A program made the translations under genes and the position numbers. From Alphaproteobacteria bacterium (lineage in GTDB: Bacteria > Pseudomonadota > Alphaproteobacteria > UBA828): a stretch of 64,000 bases of DNA. The DNA lies in the NCBI GenBank assembly GCA_965214705.1, contig CBDCCI010000001.1, positions 96,001-160,000 of the forward strand, written 5' to 3'. The notes under the pieces were generated by a model, which was given only the letters and a program-made list of their open reading frames with translations, was not told the DNA's origin and did no database searches. Shown here in pieces: positions 28,726-38,922 of the stretch; position 1 is the first letter of the stretch; each line of letters opens with the position of its first letter.

Positions 28726-30300
28726 ATGAACGATGCGGCGCCCGCCATCGCGGTCGACGGCCTCTCCAAACGGTTTGACGCGACCGTCGCCCTCGACGAC
28801 GTCACCTTCTCCATTCCGCAGGGCGAGATCCGCGCGCTGATCGGCGAGAACGGCGCCGGCAAGTCCACCCTCGTCAAGATTCTGGCCGGTCTGGTCCGGG
28901 AGGATACCGGCGACATCCACGTCTTCGGCGACGACGTGACCATCGGGCGCCCCTCCCGCGCGCACCGGCTCGGCATTCAGACGGCGTTTCAGGAAATGAC
29001 CCTGATCGACGATCTGACCGTTATCCAGAACATGCTGCTGCCCTACGAGCCGCTGGTGGCAGGCCAAATCGACCGGCGCGGCAGCAAGCGCGCCGTCGTG
29101 CAGCACTTCGCCCGTCTCGGCCTGGACGACGTGGACCCCAACGCGCTGGTGAGTGACCTCGCGCTTTCCACCCGCCAGAAGATCGAGATCGCGAAGGCGG
29201 TCGCGCGCGAGCCCCGGGTGCTGCTGCTGGACGAGCCAACCTCCACGTTATCGGCCTCCGACGTTGACTGGCTTGGGGACCTCATCGACAGCCTCAACGC
29301 AGAGGGCGTGACGATCGTCTTCATCTCGCACCGCATGGCCGAGGTGCGCCGCTTCTGTCAGAGCCTCACGGTGCTCCGCAACGGTAGGCACGTGGGCTCC
29401 TACGGGATCGACGAGGTGACGGACGACGAGGTGGTCAGCCTCGTGATCGGCCGCTCTCTCGGCGCGATCTATCCGGAACGCGAGAACTACCGCCAGGCCG
29501 GTGCTTCCGTGCCTGCCTTCTCCGGCGAGAGTCTCACCATCGGCGGCACGCTGGACGATCTCTCCTTCGAGCTCTGGCCGGGCGAGGTGCTGGGCATAGG
29601 CGCGCTACAGGGCATGGGCCAGCGCGAACTGTTCGAGGCGCTTTTCGGCGAGCGCGGCGTGGATAGCGGCACCATCGCCCTCGGCGGCCGGGCGCTCACG
29701 CTCGCCTCGCCCGCCGATGCGGTGCGCGCCGGCATCAGCATGGTGCCGGAGGACCGCAAGACCGAGGCGCTGTTTCTCAGGCTCACCGGCGGCGCCAATG
29801 CGTCGATCCCGATCATCGACCGCTTCGCTGCGGCGGGCTGGATCGACCGCAAGGCCGAGGCCGCCGCAGTGGACGAGGTGCTGAACGACCTGCAGGTTCA
29901 CCCGCGGGCGCTCTACAAGACCGTCTCATCCTTCTCCGGCGGCAATCAGCAGAAGATCGCCATCGCCAAGTGGCTGCTGGCGCAGAGCCAGGTGCTGCTC
30001 ACCTTCGACCCGACGCGGGGCGTCGATATCGGCACCAAGCACGAGATCTACGTGCTGATCCGCGCGCTGGCCAAGGCTGGCGCCGCCATCCTCTATTACA
30101 CGACCGAGATTCCGGAGCTTGTGAACATCTGCGACCGGGTGCTGGTCATGTACCGCGGGCGCATGGTCAAGGAGCTGATCGGCGAGGAGATCACCGAGCA
30201 GGCGATCATGGGCTACGCGCTAGGCGCCGAGGGTCCGGAGGACGCTGCCGAGGCCGCACAAAGGGCGCAGCCGGCCGCAGAGGCGGGAGCGGCCCCTTGA
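28726..30300 (+). CDS. Sugar-type ABC ATP-binding protein (two NBDs)
   Basis: GENGAGKST, LLLDEPTS, VPEDRK, FSGGNQQK, DPTRGVD. Confidence 0.9.
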   Translation: MNDAAPAIAVDGLSKRFDATVALDDVTFSIPQGEIRALIGENGAGKSTLVKILAGLVREDTGDIHVFGDDVTIGRPSRAHRLGIQTAFQEMTLIDDLTVIQNMLLPYEPLVAGQIDRRGSKRAVVQHFARLGLDDVDPNALVSDLALSTRQKIEIAKAVAREPRVLLLDEPTSTLSASDVDWLGDLIDSLNAEGVTIVFISHRMAEVRRFCQSLTVLRNGRHVGSYGIDEVTDDEVVSLVIGRSLGAIYPERENYRQAGASVPAFSGESLTIGGTLDDLSFELWPGEVLGIGALQGMGQRELFEALFGERGVDSGTIALGGRALTLASPADAVRAGISMVPEDRKTEALFLRLTGGANASIPIIDRFAAAGWIDRKAEAAAVDEVLNDLQVHPRALYKTVSSFSGGNQQKIAIAKWLLAQSQVLLTFDPTRGVDIGTKHEIYVLIRALAKAGAAILYYTTEIPELVNICDRVLVMYRGRMVKELIGEEITEQAIMGYALGAEGPEDAAEAAQRAQPAAEAGAAP

Positions 30301-32375
30301 GCGACGTCCCGCTCGCGCGGATGCCGCGGCTTTCCTGGCAGCAGGGGCTGGCGCGCAACCGGCGGCTGCTGGTCGCGGTCACGGCCTTCATCGGCATCTT
30401 CGTCTGCCTGGACGTGATCTCGCCGGGCCCGATCAGCTACTTCGAAATCAACTTCCTCTCGTCCAACACCGGGCCTTTGGCCTTCGCCGCCATGGGCCAG
30501 ACGGTGGTGTTCCTGATCGGCGGCTTCGACCTCTCCTGCGGCGCCGTGCTCTCGCTGGTCAACGTGATCATGGCGCTGCACACCACCGATTCCCTCTGGA
30601 GCCAGGTCCTGATGTGCTTCGCCGGCCTCGGCATCGGCGCGTCGGTCGGCGCCATCAACGGCTTCTTCATCGCCTACATGCGGCTGCAGCCGGTGGTGGT
30701 GACGCTGGCGGTGATGTTCATCATCCTCGGCCTCAACCTGCTGCTGATGCCGGATCCGGGCGGCTACATCCCCTACGGCCTCTCGATGGTCTTCACCGGC
30801 GACCTGATCCCTGACGGCTTCCCCGCCGCGCTGCTCGTCATCCTGCTGGCGCTGGGGCTCTGGGCGCTCATCAAGCGCTCGCGCTTCGGTACCGCGCTCT
30901 ACGCCGTCGGCAGCAACGAGGACGCCGCCTTCGCCAACGGCATCAACGTCGCGCGCACCAAGTTCCTCGGCTACACGCTGGCCGGCACCTTCTACGGCGC
31001 GGGCGGGGTCTTCCTCAGCGCGCAGACTAGCTCTGGCGACCCGCTGGTGGGGAGCGGCATGCTGCTCCTCATCTTCGCCGCGACGATCCTGGGCGGCACC
31101 CGGATCGGCGGCGGCGAGGGCGGCTGCCTCGGCACGGTGTTCGCGGCGTTCACGCTGATGCTGATCTCGAACGTGCTGATCGTGCTCAACTGGTCGCCGC
31201 ACGTCATGCCGATCACCGAGGCGGTGATCCTGCTGCTGGCGGTGATCGGCGCCTCGATCGGCCGCGACACGTCCCTCGCCGAATACTGGCGAGTCACCGG
31301 CCTCAAGCTATCCGGGCTCAGGCACAGGAGCCTGCCCTCCTTCCACGGCGGCGCGCGAGCCAATACAGGCAAGCTCAACACGAGCTGGACTCCGCGGGCG
31401 AGCGACGAGCTCTCCGGGCCGCAGCTCTGGCAATGGACCACCAAGAATTGGGACGTGCTCCGCCTGATGGTGCCGGCGTGGACCCTGCTGGTCGTGGTCT
31501 ACATCCTCGTGGTCGCGGTCATCGGCGGCGAGAGCGTGAGCGTCCACTACCTCAACTCGCTGCTCACGCTCGGGCTCTTCCTCGCCGTCCTTGGCCTCGG
31601 CCAGGGCGCGGTGGTGCTGACCGGCGGGCTCGATCTCTCGGTGCCGCACACGCTTGCGTTCACCGGTGTGGTGCTGGCCGCGCTCTGCAACGGGATGGAC
31701 GGGCCGGCCTACTGGGCGGTGCCGCTGGTGCTGGCGATCGGCATCGGCGTCGGCCTCTTCAACGGCATCGGCGTGGTGCTGTTCGGGATGCCGGCCATCG
31801 TCGTCACGCTGGCGACCAACGGCATCATGCAGGGCGCCGGCCTGCTTTTCACCGGCGGCATCCCCACCGGGCGCTCGCCGCCGGCGCTGGTGTGGTTCTT
31901 CACCGAGCGGCTCGCCGGGCTAGCGCCCGCCGCCTGGTTCCTTATCGGCTTCGCCGGCGTGGCCTACGTCGTGCTGCATCGCACCACCTTCGGGCGGCGC
32001 GTCTTCGCGGTCGGCAACAGCGCGCGGGTGGCGCGACTCTCCGGCGTTCGGGTCGACTGGACGGTGCTGGGCGTCTATGTGCTGAGCGGCTTCTGCTCGG
32101 CCCTTGCCGGCGTGCTGATGACGGGCTTCTCCACCGTCTCCTTCCTCAACATGGGCCAGCGCTTCTTATTGCCGGCGATCGCCGTCGTGCTGGTGGGTGG
32201 CACGCTCGCCATCGGCGGGCGCGGGCACTATCTCGGCATCTTCGGCGGCGCGCTGCTGCTGACGGCGGTGGGGACGCTGGTCTCGGGCTCCGAGCTTCAC
32301 TTCGCCTGGCGCGACATCATCTTCGGCATCGTCGTGCTCGGCGCCGTGCTGACGCTGCGCGAACGCAGCACCTAA
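30297..32375 (+). CDS. Fused double RbsC-type ABC permease
   Basis: Two copies of the GQ..V...GG.DLS, A.GSN/AVGNS and LGGT/VGGT motifs in one frame; TTG start overlaps the ATPase stop. Confidence 0.8.
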   Translation: MSDVPLARMPRLSWQQGLARNRRLLVAVTAFIGIFVCLDVISPGPISYFEINFLSSNTGPLAFAAMGQTVVFLIGGFDLSCGAVLSLVNVIMALHTTDSLWSQVLMCFAGLGIGASVGAINGFFIAYMRLQPVVVTLAVMFIILGLNLLLMPDPGGYIPYGLSMVFTGDLIPDGFPAALLVILLALGLWALIKRSRFGTALYAVGSNEDAAFANGINVARTKFLGYTLAGTFYGAGGVFLSAQTSSGDPLVGSGMLLLIFAATILGGTRIGGGEGGCLGTVFAAFTLMLISNVLIVLNWSPHVMPITEAVILLLAVIGASIGRDTSLAEYWRVTGLKLSGLRHRSLPSFHGGARANTGKLNTSWTPRASDELSGPQLWQWTTKNWDVLRLMVPAWTLLVVVYILVVAVIGGESVSVHYLNSLLTLGLFLAVLGLGQGAVVLTGGLDLSVPHTLAFTGVVLAALCNGMDGPAYWAVPLVLAIGIGVGLFNGIGVVLFGMPAIVVTLATNGIMQGAGLLFTGGIPTGRSPPALVWFFTERLAGLAPAAWFLIGFAGVAYVVLHRTTFGRRVFAVGNSARVARLSGVRVDWTVLGVYVLSGFCSALAGVLMTGFSTVSFLNMGQRFLLPAIAVVLVGGTLAIGGRGHYLGIFGGALLLTAVGTLVSGSELHFAWRDIIFGIVVLGAVLTLRERST

Positions 32376-32411
32376 CAACCCTCCGCAAGCAAGACAGGGG
32401 ATGTATCCGGG

Positions 32412-32915
32412 TTAGACCCGCTTGGGCGGGAACTCCCGGCCGAGCCACTCGGTGTAGAAGCCTTCGAGGTCCGGCTCGAAGCTGTGCACGATGGGATAGC
32501 CCGGCGGCACCGCCTCCACCTCCAGCAGCGAGCCGTCGAGGGGATCGTAGTATTCGCGGAGCTCCATCCACGCCGGGTCGGCGTGCATCCACTTGGGATA
32601 AATCTCCTGCATCTTCTCGTCGGTATCCCGCACGGCGATGCGCGCCTTCAGCTTCCAGTTCTCCCGGTAGTCGCCGAACTCGTGGCCGCTCATGCTCTTG
32701 GTGACGATGGACCCGTCGTCCTTGAGCACGATGAAGAGCTTGGGGCCGAGCGGCAGCAGCACCCGATCGTCCCAGGGCACTTGCTCCTGGAGGACAGCGA
32801 GGAAGGTGTCGAAGCGCTCCGCGTCCTTGAACGCGCTCATCATCTGCTTGAGCTGCGGCCAGGGCAGCGTGCCGCGGTAGAGCTCCTCGATCGTGGCCTT
32901 GTCGTAGGCGGTCAT
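32412..32915 (-). CDS. acxC: Acetone carboxylase gamma subunit-like
   Basis: KDAERF, QVPWDDRVLLPLGPKLFIV, GHEFGDYRENWKL, EPDLEGFYTEWLG. Confidence 0.85.
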   Translation of the reverse strand: MTAYDKATIEELYRGTLPWPQLKQMMSAFKDAERFDTFLAVLQEQVPWDDRVLLPLGPKLFIVLKDDGSIVTKSMSGHEFGDYRENWKLKARIAVRDTDEKMQEIYPKWMHADPAWMELREYYDPLDGSLLEVEAVPPGYPIVHSFEPDLEGFYTEWLGREFPPKRV

Positions 32916-32929
32916 GGCATTGCCCCCGC

Positions 32930-35170
32930 CTAACGAGTGTGGCCCAAGGCATCGCCGTTGGGCGGGGACCAATCCGCCGGCAGGCCCCAGAAATCCTTGT
33001 AGAGCGCCGCCCAGCTCTCGGAGAGCGCGATGCTCTCGCGATAGGCCTTTGCGACCGGCTCGATGAAGTCGAGGTCGGCCGCGCGGCCGCGCTGGCCCTC
33101 CATCCACTCCTCGACCGGCACGCTGTCTGCGAGGCGCTGCTTGCGCATGTCGGCACGGAGCGCAACGGTCGCGCTCGCGTCCAGCACCCAGCGACCGTCC
33201 TCGTCCTGCTCGGCGACGACGCCGTAGGTGGTCGGCGCGAAGCGGGGCAGCACGTCGCCCGAGTTCAGGTCGGCGACGACGGCCTCCGGCTCGCGGTCGA
33301 GCGGATCGCCCAACCCGTGACCGCCGTTGAGCACGCTCAGATAGAGGTCGTATTCGCTCTGGGATACCGGGAAGTGATGGCAGCGGCGGTCGATCAGGTG
33401 ATCGGCCTCCACGTTCGCCTTGATCTGGCTGTCCTCGGTATCCCTGTCCTCGACCGGATAGGGCAGGCCCTGGGCGATCCTCTCCTTCATGTCGGTGTTG
33501 GTGATCATGTGGCGGTAGCCGCTGGAGCCCGGATAGCCGCCGTAGAGGCCCGAGGTCTGGAAGACATGGCCGCTGTTGCAGTGGAAGAGGATCTGCCGCT
33601 CGGTGCCGTAGAGCATGCGCACGCATTCCCAGCCCGAGCCGCCGCGCTGCTTGCCGGGCCCGCCGGTGTTGGGGCGGATCCGGCGGCCGAAATAGAGCAG
33701 CGGCTCGGTCAGCTCCCAGGCCTCGACATCGCCCATGTCGCCTTCCGGATTCCACATCGCAGCGCCCGAGACCTCGCCGTCGTAGCCCCAGCGGGCGGAG
33801 ATGCCGCAGCTCGAATGCTCGAAATTGGACCAGCCGGCATCCTGGCCGTGGTGGTTGATGCCGCCGCCTTGCGTGATGTTGCCGGTGAAGGGATAGGCGG
33901 CCAGCACCTCCTCCAGATAACCGCGCGCGGTGAAGGCGCGGCTGAGCGCATGGATCAGCCCCGTGAAGCAGGGGATCAGGAAGATCCAGGAGAGCGTGTT
34001 GGAGACGCTCCTGTTGTCGGGATTGGACCAGGTGCCGTAGGGCGTGTTGAACGAGGTCGCGAGATAGGCGCCGTCGTTGACCTTGTCGTTGGGCACGAGC
34101 GTCTGCGAGAGCACGACCCAGAGCCCGCCCTGTAGCCCGGACGGCGTGCAGTTGAACGAGTGGTAGCCCCACTTGTTGGCGCCGTCGAGGTCGACGTGGA
34201 ACGAGGCGTCGCGGCCGATGGTGAGCGAGAGCGGGCAGTTCATCATCGAGTTGACGGCGGCGTAGTCCGGCATCAGCCCCTTGTCCTCCTCATGGGGCAC
34301 GTCCATGAAGGAGGGCACGCGGTAGATGCCGGGCACGGTCATCTGCGTGAGGTTGCGTTTGAAGGCGCGTCGCGCATCCTCGATCACCTCGCGCATGAAC
34401 AGCTTGTAGGTGTCGATGCCTTCTTCCGCGATGAGCCGCTCCACCGTCGCCCGGATGATCTGACAGCCGGCGATGCGGCACTTCTCGTCGAGCACCCAGT
34501 AGAAGGGCATCCGCACCGCGGTCTCGATGCGGTTCTCGTAGTCGCGGTTGAGCGTGTCGTTGGACCCCACCTTCATGCACGACAGAATCAGCCCGTCCTC
34601 GTAGCGGCTTACGGTGCCGATGGGCATGCTGGCCGGCTGCGGGGCGCCCACGTCCAGCTCGTGCACCACGCCGGCGGCCCAGCCCACGATCTCGCCCTCG
34701 TGGAAGAGGGGCAGGAAATTCATGACATCGGCGTTGTGGACGCCGCCAAGCTGAGGGTCGTTGTTGACGAAGATGTCGCCGGGCGCGATTCCGGGATTGG
34801 TCTCGTAGTCCGAGCGGATCATGTGCTTGATCGCCATCGACATCGTGTGGACGTGCGCCATGATCCCGGTGCTGAGCGTGATCGCGTCGCCTTCCGGCGT
34901 GTAGAGAGCGAAGCAGAGCTCGCCGACTTCGCGCACGATCGGGCTCGCCGAGATGTTCATCGCCGTCTCGCGCGCGCCCACCAAGCCGCCGCGCAGGCGC
35001 GAGAACATCTTCTCGTAGCGGATGGGCTCGGCAGCCTTGAGCGGGAGCTCGTCGAGGCCCCCGTAGTGGCCGGTCTCCGAGAAGATCCGTTCGCTCTCTT
35101 CCAGCATCCCGGCGAGCGAGGCACCGCCCCAACCGATCCCGTAGTCATGCTCCAGTGCGACGTCGCTCAC
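32930..35170 (-). CDS. acxB: Acetone carboxylase alpha subunit-like (hydantoinase B family)
   Basis: YEKMFSRLRGGLVGARETA..ISASPIV, GELCF, HNAD, HELD metal ligands; GGAGG RBS. Confidence 0.88.
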   Translation of the reverse strand: MSDVALEHDYGIGWGGASLAGMLEESERIFSETGHYGGLDELPLKAAEPIRYEKMFSRLRGGLVGARETAMNISASPIVREVGELCFALYTPEGDAITLSTGIMAHVHTMSMAIKHMIRSDYETNPGIAPGDIFVNNDPQLGGVHNADVMNFLPLFHEGEIVGWAAGVVHELDVGAPQPASMPIGTVSRYEDGLILSCMKVGSNDTLNRDYENRIETAVRMPFYWVLDEKCRIAGCQIIRATVERLIAEEGIDTYKLFMREVIEDARRAFKRNLTQMTVPGIYRVPSFMDVPHEEDKGLMPDYAAVNSMMNCPLSLTIGRDASFHVDLDGANKWGYHSFNCTPSGLQGGLWVVLSQTLVPNDKVNDGAYLATSFNTPYGTWSNPDNRSVSNTLSWIFLIPCFTGLIHALSRAFTARGYLEEVLAAYPFTGNITQGGGINHHGQDAGWSNFEHSSCGISARWGYDGEVSGAAMWNPEGDMGDVEAWELTEPLLYFGRRIRPNTGGPGKQRGGSGWECVRMLYGTERQILFHCNSGHVFQTSGLYGGYPGSSGYRHMITNTDMKERIAQGLPYPVEDRDTEDSQIKANVEADHLIDRRCHHFPVSQSEYDLYLSVLNGGHGLGDPLDREPEAVVADLNSGDVLPRFAPTTYGVVAEQDEDGRWVLDASATVALRADMRKQRLADSVPVEEWMEGQRGRAADLDFIEPVAKAYRESIALSESWAALYKDFWGLPADWSPPNGDALGHTR

Positions 35171-35205
35171 TTCAGCCTCCGCTGCTCTTCCGACCGGCCC
35201 GCGGC

Positions 35206-37362
35206 CTACCCCGCGTCGGTCGTCAGGTGAAAGATGCTGTGCCGGTCGAGCCGTGCCGTCCGGCCCGCCGGCACCAGCATGGTCGACGCCGGCGATTCGA
35301 CGATGGCCGGCCCTTCTATGACGTTGCCGGGCCTGAGCCGCTGCAGGTCGAGGATCTGCGCCGGCACCCACTGGCCGTCCGCATAGATGTTGCGCCCTGC
35401 CTTGAGCGCGGCGGCGGGCGGCGCCGGCCCTTCCTCCGCCTCGTCAGGCAGCTCCGGCTTCTCCACGGGCGTGGACCCGGTCATCACCACCGCCGTCACC
35501 ATGTATCCAAACTGCGGCGTGCGGGCGGCGAGGCCGTACATCTTGCCGTACTCCGCCTCGAAGCCGCTGCAGAGCCCGTCCAGCATCTCTTCCAGGTTCG
35601 ATCCGTAGCCGTCTTCCACCGGGACTTCGAGATCGTTCAACTGGCCATAGTAGAGCATCCTGGCCGCCGGCCGGTAGCTGACGGACTCCGGGCGCACGCC
35701 GCTCTTCTCGAACTCGGCGTTGACCTGCTCCTTCAGCTCGTCCCAGGCGGCGATGATTGCCTCAGCCACCGCGCGCCGCTTATCGGCGCCGTCGCCGGGG
35801 AGCAGCGCCATGTCCAGGGTCTTGTCGTAGCGGTAGGCGTATTCGCCGCAGGCGCAGCCGAATGCCGAGAAGCCGGGCGCCCAGGCTGGCACGAGGATGT
35901 CGTCGAAGGCGAGGCCCTGGCTGTAGCCGGCCACATGCAGCGGCCCGCCGCCGCCGTAGCAGAGCAGCGTGTAGCTCTCGGGCGTGTAGCCCTTGCCGAG
36001 GATCAGGCCGAGCAGGCTGTTCTTCAGCTGATCCTCGAACAGCTCCAGCACGCCGGCGGCAGCTTGGTACACGTCGATCCCGAGCGGCTCCGCAACCTGC
36101 GCGCGCACCGCGTCGATGGCGCGTTCCCGGCTCAGCGTGATGTCGCCCCCCAAAAAGTAATCGGGATTGAGATAGCCCAGAACGATGTTGCAATCGGTGA
36201 TGGTCACGGTCTCGACCCCGCCCTCCGGCCAGGAGACGCCGATCATGGCGCCGGCGCTGTCCGGCCCGATCTCGATACGGTTGGTGATCGGGTTGACGCG
36301 GACGTAGGAGCCGGTGCCCGAGCCCACGGAATCGATCCGCACCATCGGCATGTTGAGCAGGATGCGGCCGATGTCGGGCGCATGCTTGGTGGAGAACTCG
36401 CCGTCCGTGATCAGCGCGATATCGAAGGACGTGCCGCCGATATCGGTACACGCGATGTTGGGCACGCCGATCCGCTCGCTCAGGAACTTGCTCCCCACGA
36501 CCCCACCGATGGGCCCGCTGATCATGGTCCGTGCAAGCTCCCGCGCGTTGATCGAGATCGTGCCGCCGTGGCTCGCCATGATCCTGAGCTCGAACTGGCC
36601 GCCCGCCTGCCGGCAGACCTCCTGGACCACCTGCAGCGTCTCGCGCGAGGGCTCAGCCGCGTAGGCCTCCATGATGGTCGAGTTGAGGCGCGGAAAGTCC
36701 TGGCGCGTCGGATAAAGCTCGCTCGACAGGTAGATGGGCTTCTCTGCCACCCCACGCTCGGCCATGACTTCCTGGCCGATCTCACGCACCCGCCGCTCGT
36801 GGTCCTTGTTCTTGTAGGAGAACAGCAGGCAGACGACGATCGACGCAACGTCGTGGTCGATCAGGCTGTGCACGGCGTCGCGCACGTCGCCTTCGTAGAG
36901 CGGGATGATCTCCCTGCCAAAGAGGTCGACGCGCCCGCGCACACCCAGGATCCGCTCGCGCGGTACCAGCGGCTCGTTGTGATGGTGCGTGATGACGTGC
37001 AGGCGGTCGGAGAAGGGATAGCCGAGATAGGTCTGGATGGCGCGTTCGGTCCTGAGATAGTCCTCCATGCCACCGCTCACGATCACGCCGACCTCGCGCC
37101 CCTTGCGCTCCAGCAGGCGGTTCAGCATGGCGGTGCCGGAATAGATGCCGGTCTTGAGGTGAGGGAAGCTCCCGTCCAGCCCCAGGTCCCAGTAGTTCAG
37201 TGCGTCTTTCGCCGACTGGATGAAGCCGATCGATTCATCGTGCGGCGTGGTCTGCGCCTTGCCGACGACGAAGTTGCCGTCCTGATCGATCAGGAAGGTG
37301 TCCGTCATCGTCCCGCCCGCGTCGATGGCGAGGATCTGCGGGATCAGCGCTTTTTCGAGCAT
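35206..37362 (-). CDS. acxA: Acetone carboxylase beta subunit-like (hydantoinase A family)
   Basis: IDAGGTMTDTF, VVGKAQTTP.DES, YSGTAMLN, SGPIGG, DIGGTSFD, YGGGGPLH. Confidence 0.88.
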   Translation of the reverse strand: MLEKALIPQILAIDAGGTMTDTFLIDQDGNFVVGKAQTTPHDESIGFIQSAKDALNYWDLGLDGSFPHLKTGIYSGTAMLNRLLERKGREVGVIVSGGMEDYLRTERAIQTYLGYPFSDRLHVITHHHNEPLVPRERILGVRGRVDLFGREIIPLYEGDVRDAVHSLIDHDVASIVVCLLFSYKNKDHERRVREIGQEVMAERGVAEKPIYLSSELYPTRQDFPRLNSTIMEAYAAEPSRETLQVVQEVCRQAGGQFELRIMASHGGTISINARELARTMISGPIGGVVGSKFLSERIGVPNIACTDIGGTSFDIALITDGEFSTKHAPDIGRILLNMPMVRIDSVGSGTGSYVRVNPITNRIEIGPDSAGAMIGVSWPEGGVETVTITDCNIVLGYLNPDYFLGGDITLSRERAIDAVRAQVAEPLGIDVYQAAAGVLELFEDQLKNSLLGLILGKGYTPESYTLLCYGGGGPLHVAGYSQGLAFDDILVPAWAPGFSAFGCACGEYAYRYDKTLDMALLPGDGADKRRAVAEAIIAAWDELKEQVNAEFEKSGVRPESVSYRPAARMLYYGQLNDLEVPVEDGYGSNLEEMLDGLCSGFEAEYGKMYGLAARTPQFGYMVTAVVMTGSTPVEKPELPDEAEEGPAPPAAALKAGRNIYADGQWVPAQILDLQRLRPGNVIEGPAIVESPASTMLVPAGRTARLDRHSIFHLTTDAG

Positions 37363-37537
37363 CGCTTGCAAACCCGTAGCGGAAGCCGGGCGACACTATG
37401 CCGCACATTGCCGCCCGGTCGTAGGGGCATGAATACCGGCCTCGGCTTGCGGCACCCGGAGGGGGCGGGTAGCCTCTCGCCCGGTTGCCGAGCGCGGCCG
37501 CAAGCCGTGCCGCGCAGCGCCCACGAGCCCGGTGCCC

Positions 37538-38899
37538 ATGCAAAAGCTCCTGATTGCGAACCGGGGCGAGATCGCCTGCCGGATCATGCGAAGCGCGCGG
37601 TCGCTCGGCATCGCGACGGTCGCGGTCTATTCGGACGCCGACGCCGAGGCCCGCCACGTGGCCGAGGCCGACGAGGCGCTGCCCATCGGCCCGCCGGCGG
37701 CGAAGGAGAGCTACCTCGTCGCCGACAGGATCATCGTCGCCGCGCAAGAGAGCGGCGCCGATGCGATCCATCCGGGCTACGGCTTCCTCGCCGAGAACCC
37801 GGCCTTCGCCCGCGCGGTGGAGGACGCCGGCCTTGTCTGGGTGGGGCCGACGGCGGAGAGCATCGCCGCCATGGGCGACAAGGAGCGCGCCCGCACCATC
37901 GCCCGCGACGCGGGGCTCCCCATCGTCCCCGGCAGCGCGCGGCTCACGGCTGACGACCCCTCCGGCCTCGACGACGCCGCCCAGGCCGTGGGCTTCCCGC
38001 TTCTGGTGAAGGCGTCCGCCGGTGGCGGCGGCATCGGGATGCGCCAAGTGGACGATCCGGCCAAGCTCGCGGACGTGGTCGGCGCTACCCAGACCATGGC
38101 GGAGCGCGCGTTCGGCGACGGCACTGTTTACCTGGAGCGGCTGGTGCAGCGCCCGCGTCACGTCGAGATCCAGGTGTTTGGGCACGGCGACGGGCGCGGC
38201 TTCCACCTGATGGAGCGCGAATGCTCGGTGCAGCGGCGCTTCCAGAAGATCGTCGAGGAGGCGCCGTCCCCTGCGGTGGACTCAGGCCTCCGGGCGCGCA
38301 TGGCGGATGCGGCGCTGGCCCTGGTGGAGCGCGAGCGCTACCGCGGCGCCGGCACGGTCGAGTTCATCCTGGCACCGGACGGTGAGTTCTACTTTCTCGA
38401 AATGAACACGCGCATTCAGGTGGAGCACCCGGCGACGGAGATGATCACGGGGCTCGATCTGGTAGGGCTCCAGCTCCGGCTTGCGCAGGGCGAGGACCTG
38501 TCGGGGCTCGCCGCGCCGGTGGACGGGCCCGACGGCCACGCCATCGAGTGCCGCATCTACGCCGAGAACCCAGACAAGAACTTCCTCCCCTCGCCGGGGC
38601 TGCTCGAACGGTTCGCTCCGCCGCCCACAGGCGCAGGCATCCGCCTCGATACCGGCGTGACGGAAGGCGACCGCATCACGCCCTTCTACGACCCCATGAT
38701 CGCCAAGCTCGTCGCCCACGGCAGCGACCGCGGCGGCGCCATCGACAGGATGCTGACGGCGCTCGGCGAATTCCGTATAGAGGGTATCGTCACCAACATC
38801 GACCTTCTGCGCCGCGTGATCGACCATGATGCCTTCCGCGCCGGGAACACCCACACCGGCTTCGTGGACGAGCATCGGTCGGATTTGATGGGTGCCTGA
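37538..38899 (+). CDS. Biotin carboxylase subunit
   Basis: LIANRGEIA, HPGYGFLAEN, KASAGGGGIG, RECSVQRR, EMNTRIQVEH, YDPMIAKL; no biotinyl domain. Confidence 0.9.
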   Translation: MQKLLIANRGEIACRIMRSARSLGIATVAVYSDADAEARHVAEADEALPIGPPAAKESYLVADRIIVAAQESGADAIHPGYGFLAENPAFARAVEDAGLVWVGPTAESIAAMGDKERARTIARDAGLPIVPGSARLTADDPSGLDDAAQAVGFPLLVKASAGGGGIGMRQVDDPAKLADVVGATQTMAERAFGDGTVYLERLVQRPRHVEIQVFGHGDGRGFHLMERECSVQRRFQKIVEEAPSPAVDSGLRARMADAALALVERERYRGAGTVEFILAPDGEFYFLEMNTRIQVEHPATEMITGLDLVGLQLRLAQGEDLSGLAAPVDGPDGHAIECRIYAENPDKNFLPSPGLLERFAPPPTGAGIRLDTGVTEGDRITPFYDPMIAKLVAHGSDRGGAIDRMLTALGEFRIEGIVTNIDLLRRVIDHDAFRAGNTHTGFVDEHRSDLMGA

Positions 38900-38922
38900 A
38901 CGCCCGCTGAGAGAGCCGCGCC

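Noticed and set aside
32370-32417. attC-like pair ACCTAAC ... GTTAGAC
   Set aside because: Only 48 bp with poor internal pairing and no integron integrase; explained by two convergent TAA stop codons
37363-37537. Sigma54 promoter expected for an acx operon
   Set aside because: The best match GGCACGGCTTGC on minus has 8-nt rather than 10-nt GG-to-GC spacing
35155-37953. 932-aa plus-strand ORF and similar long antisense ORFs (e.g. 60103-62544, 25576-27405, 56976-58826)
   Set aside because: Shadow frames of high-GC genes on the opposite strand, with no recognisable motifs
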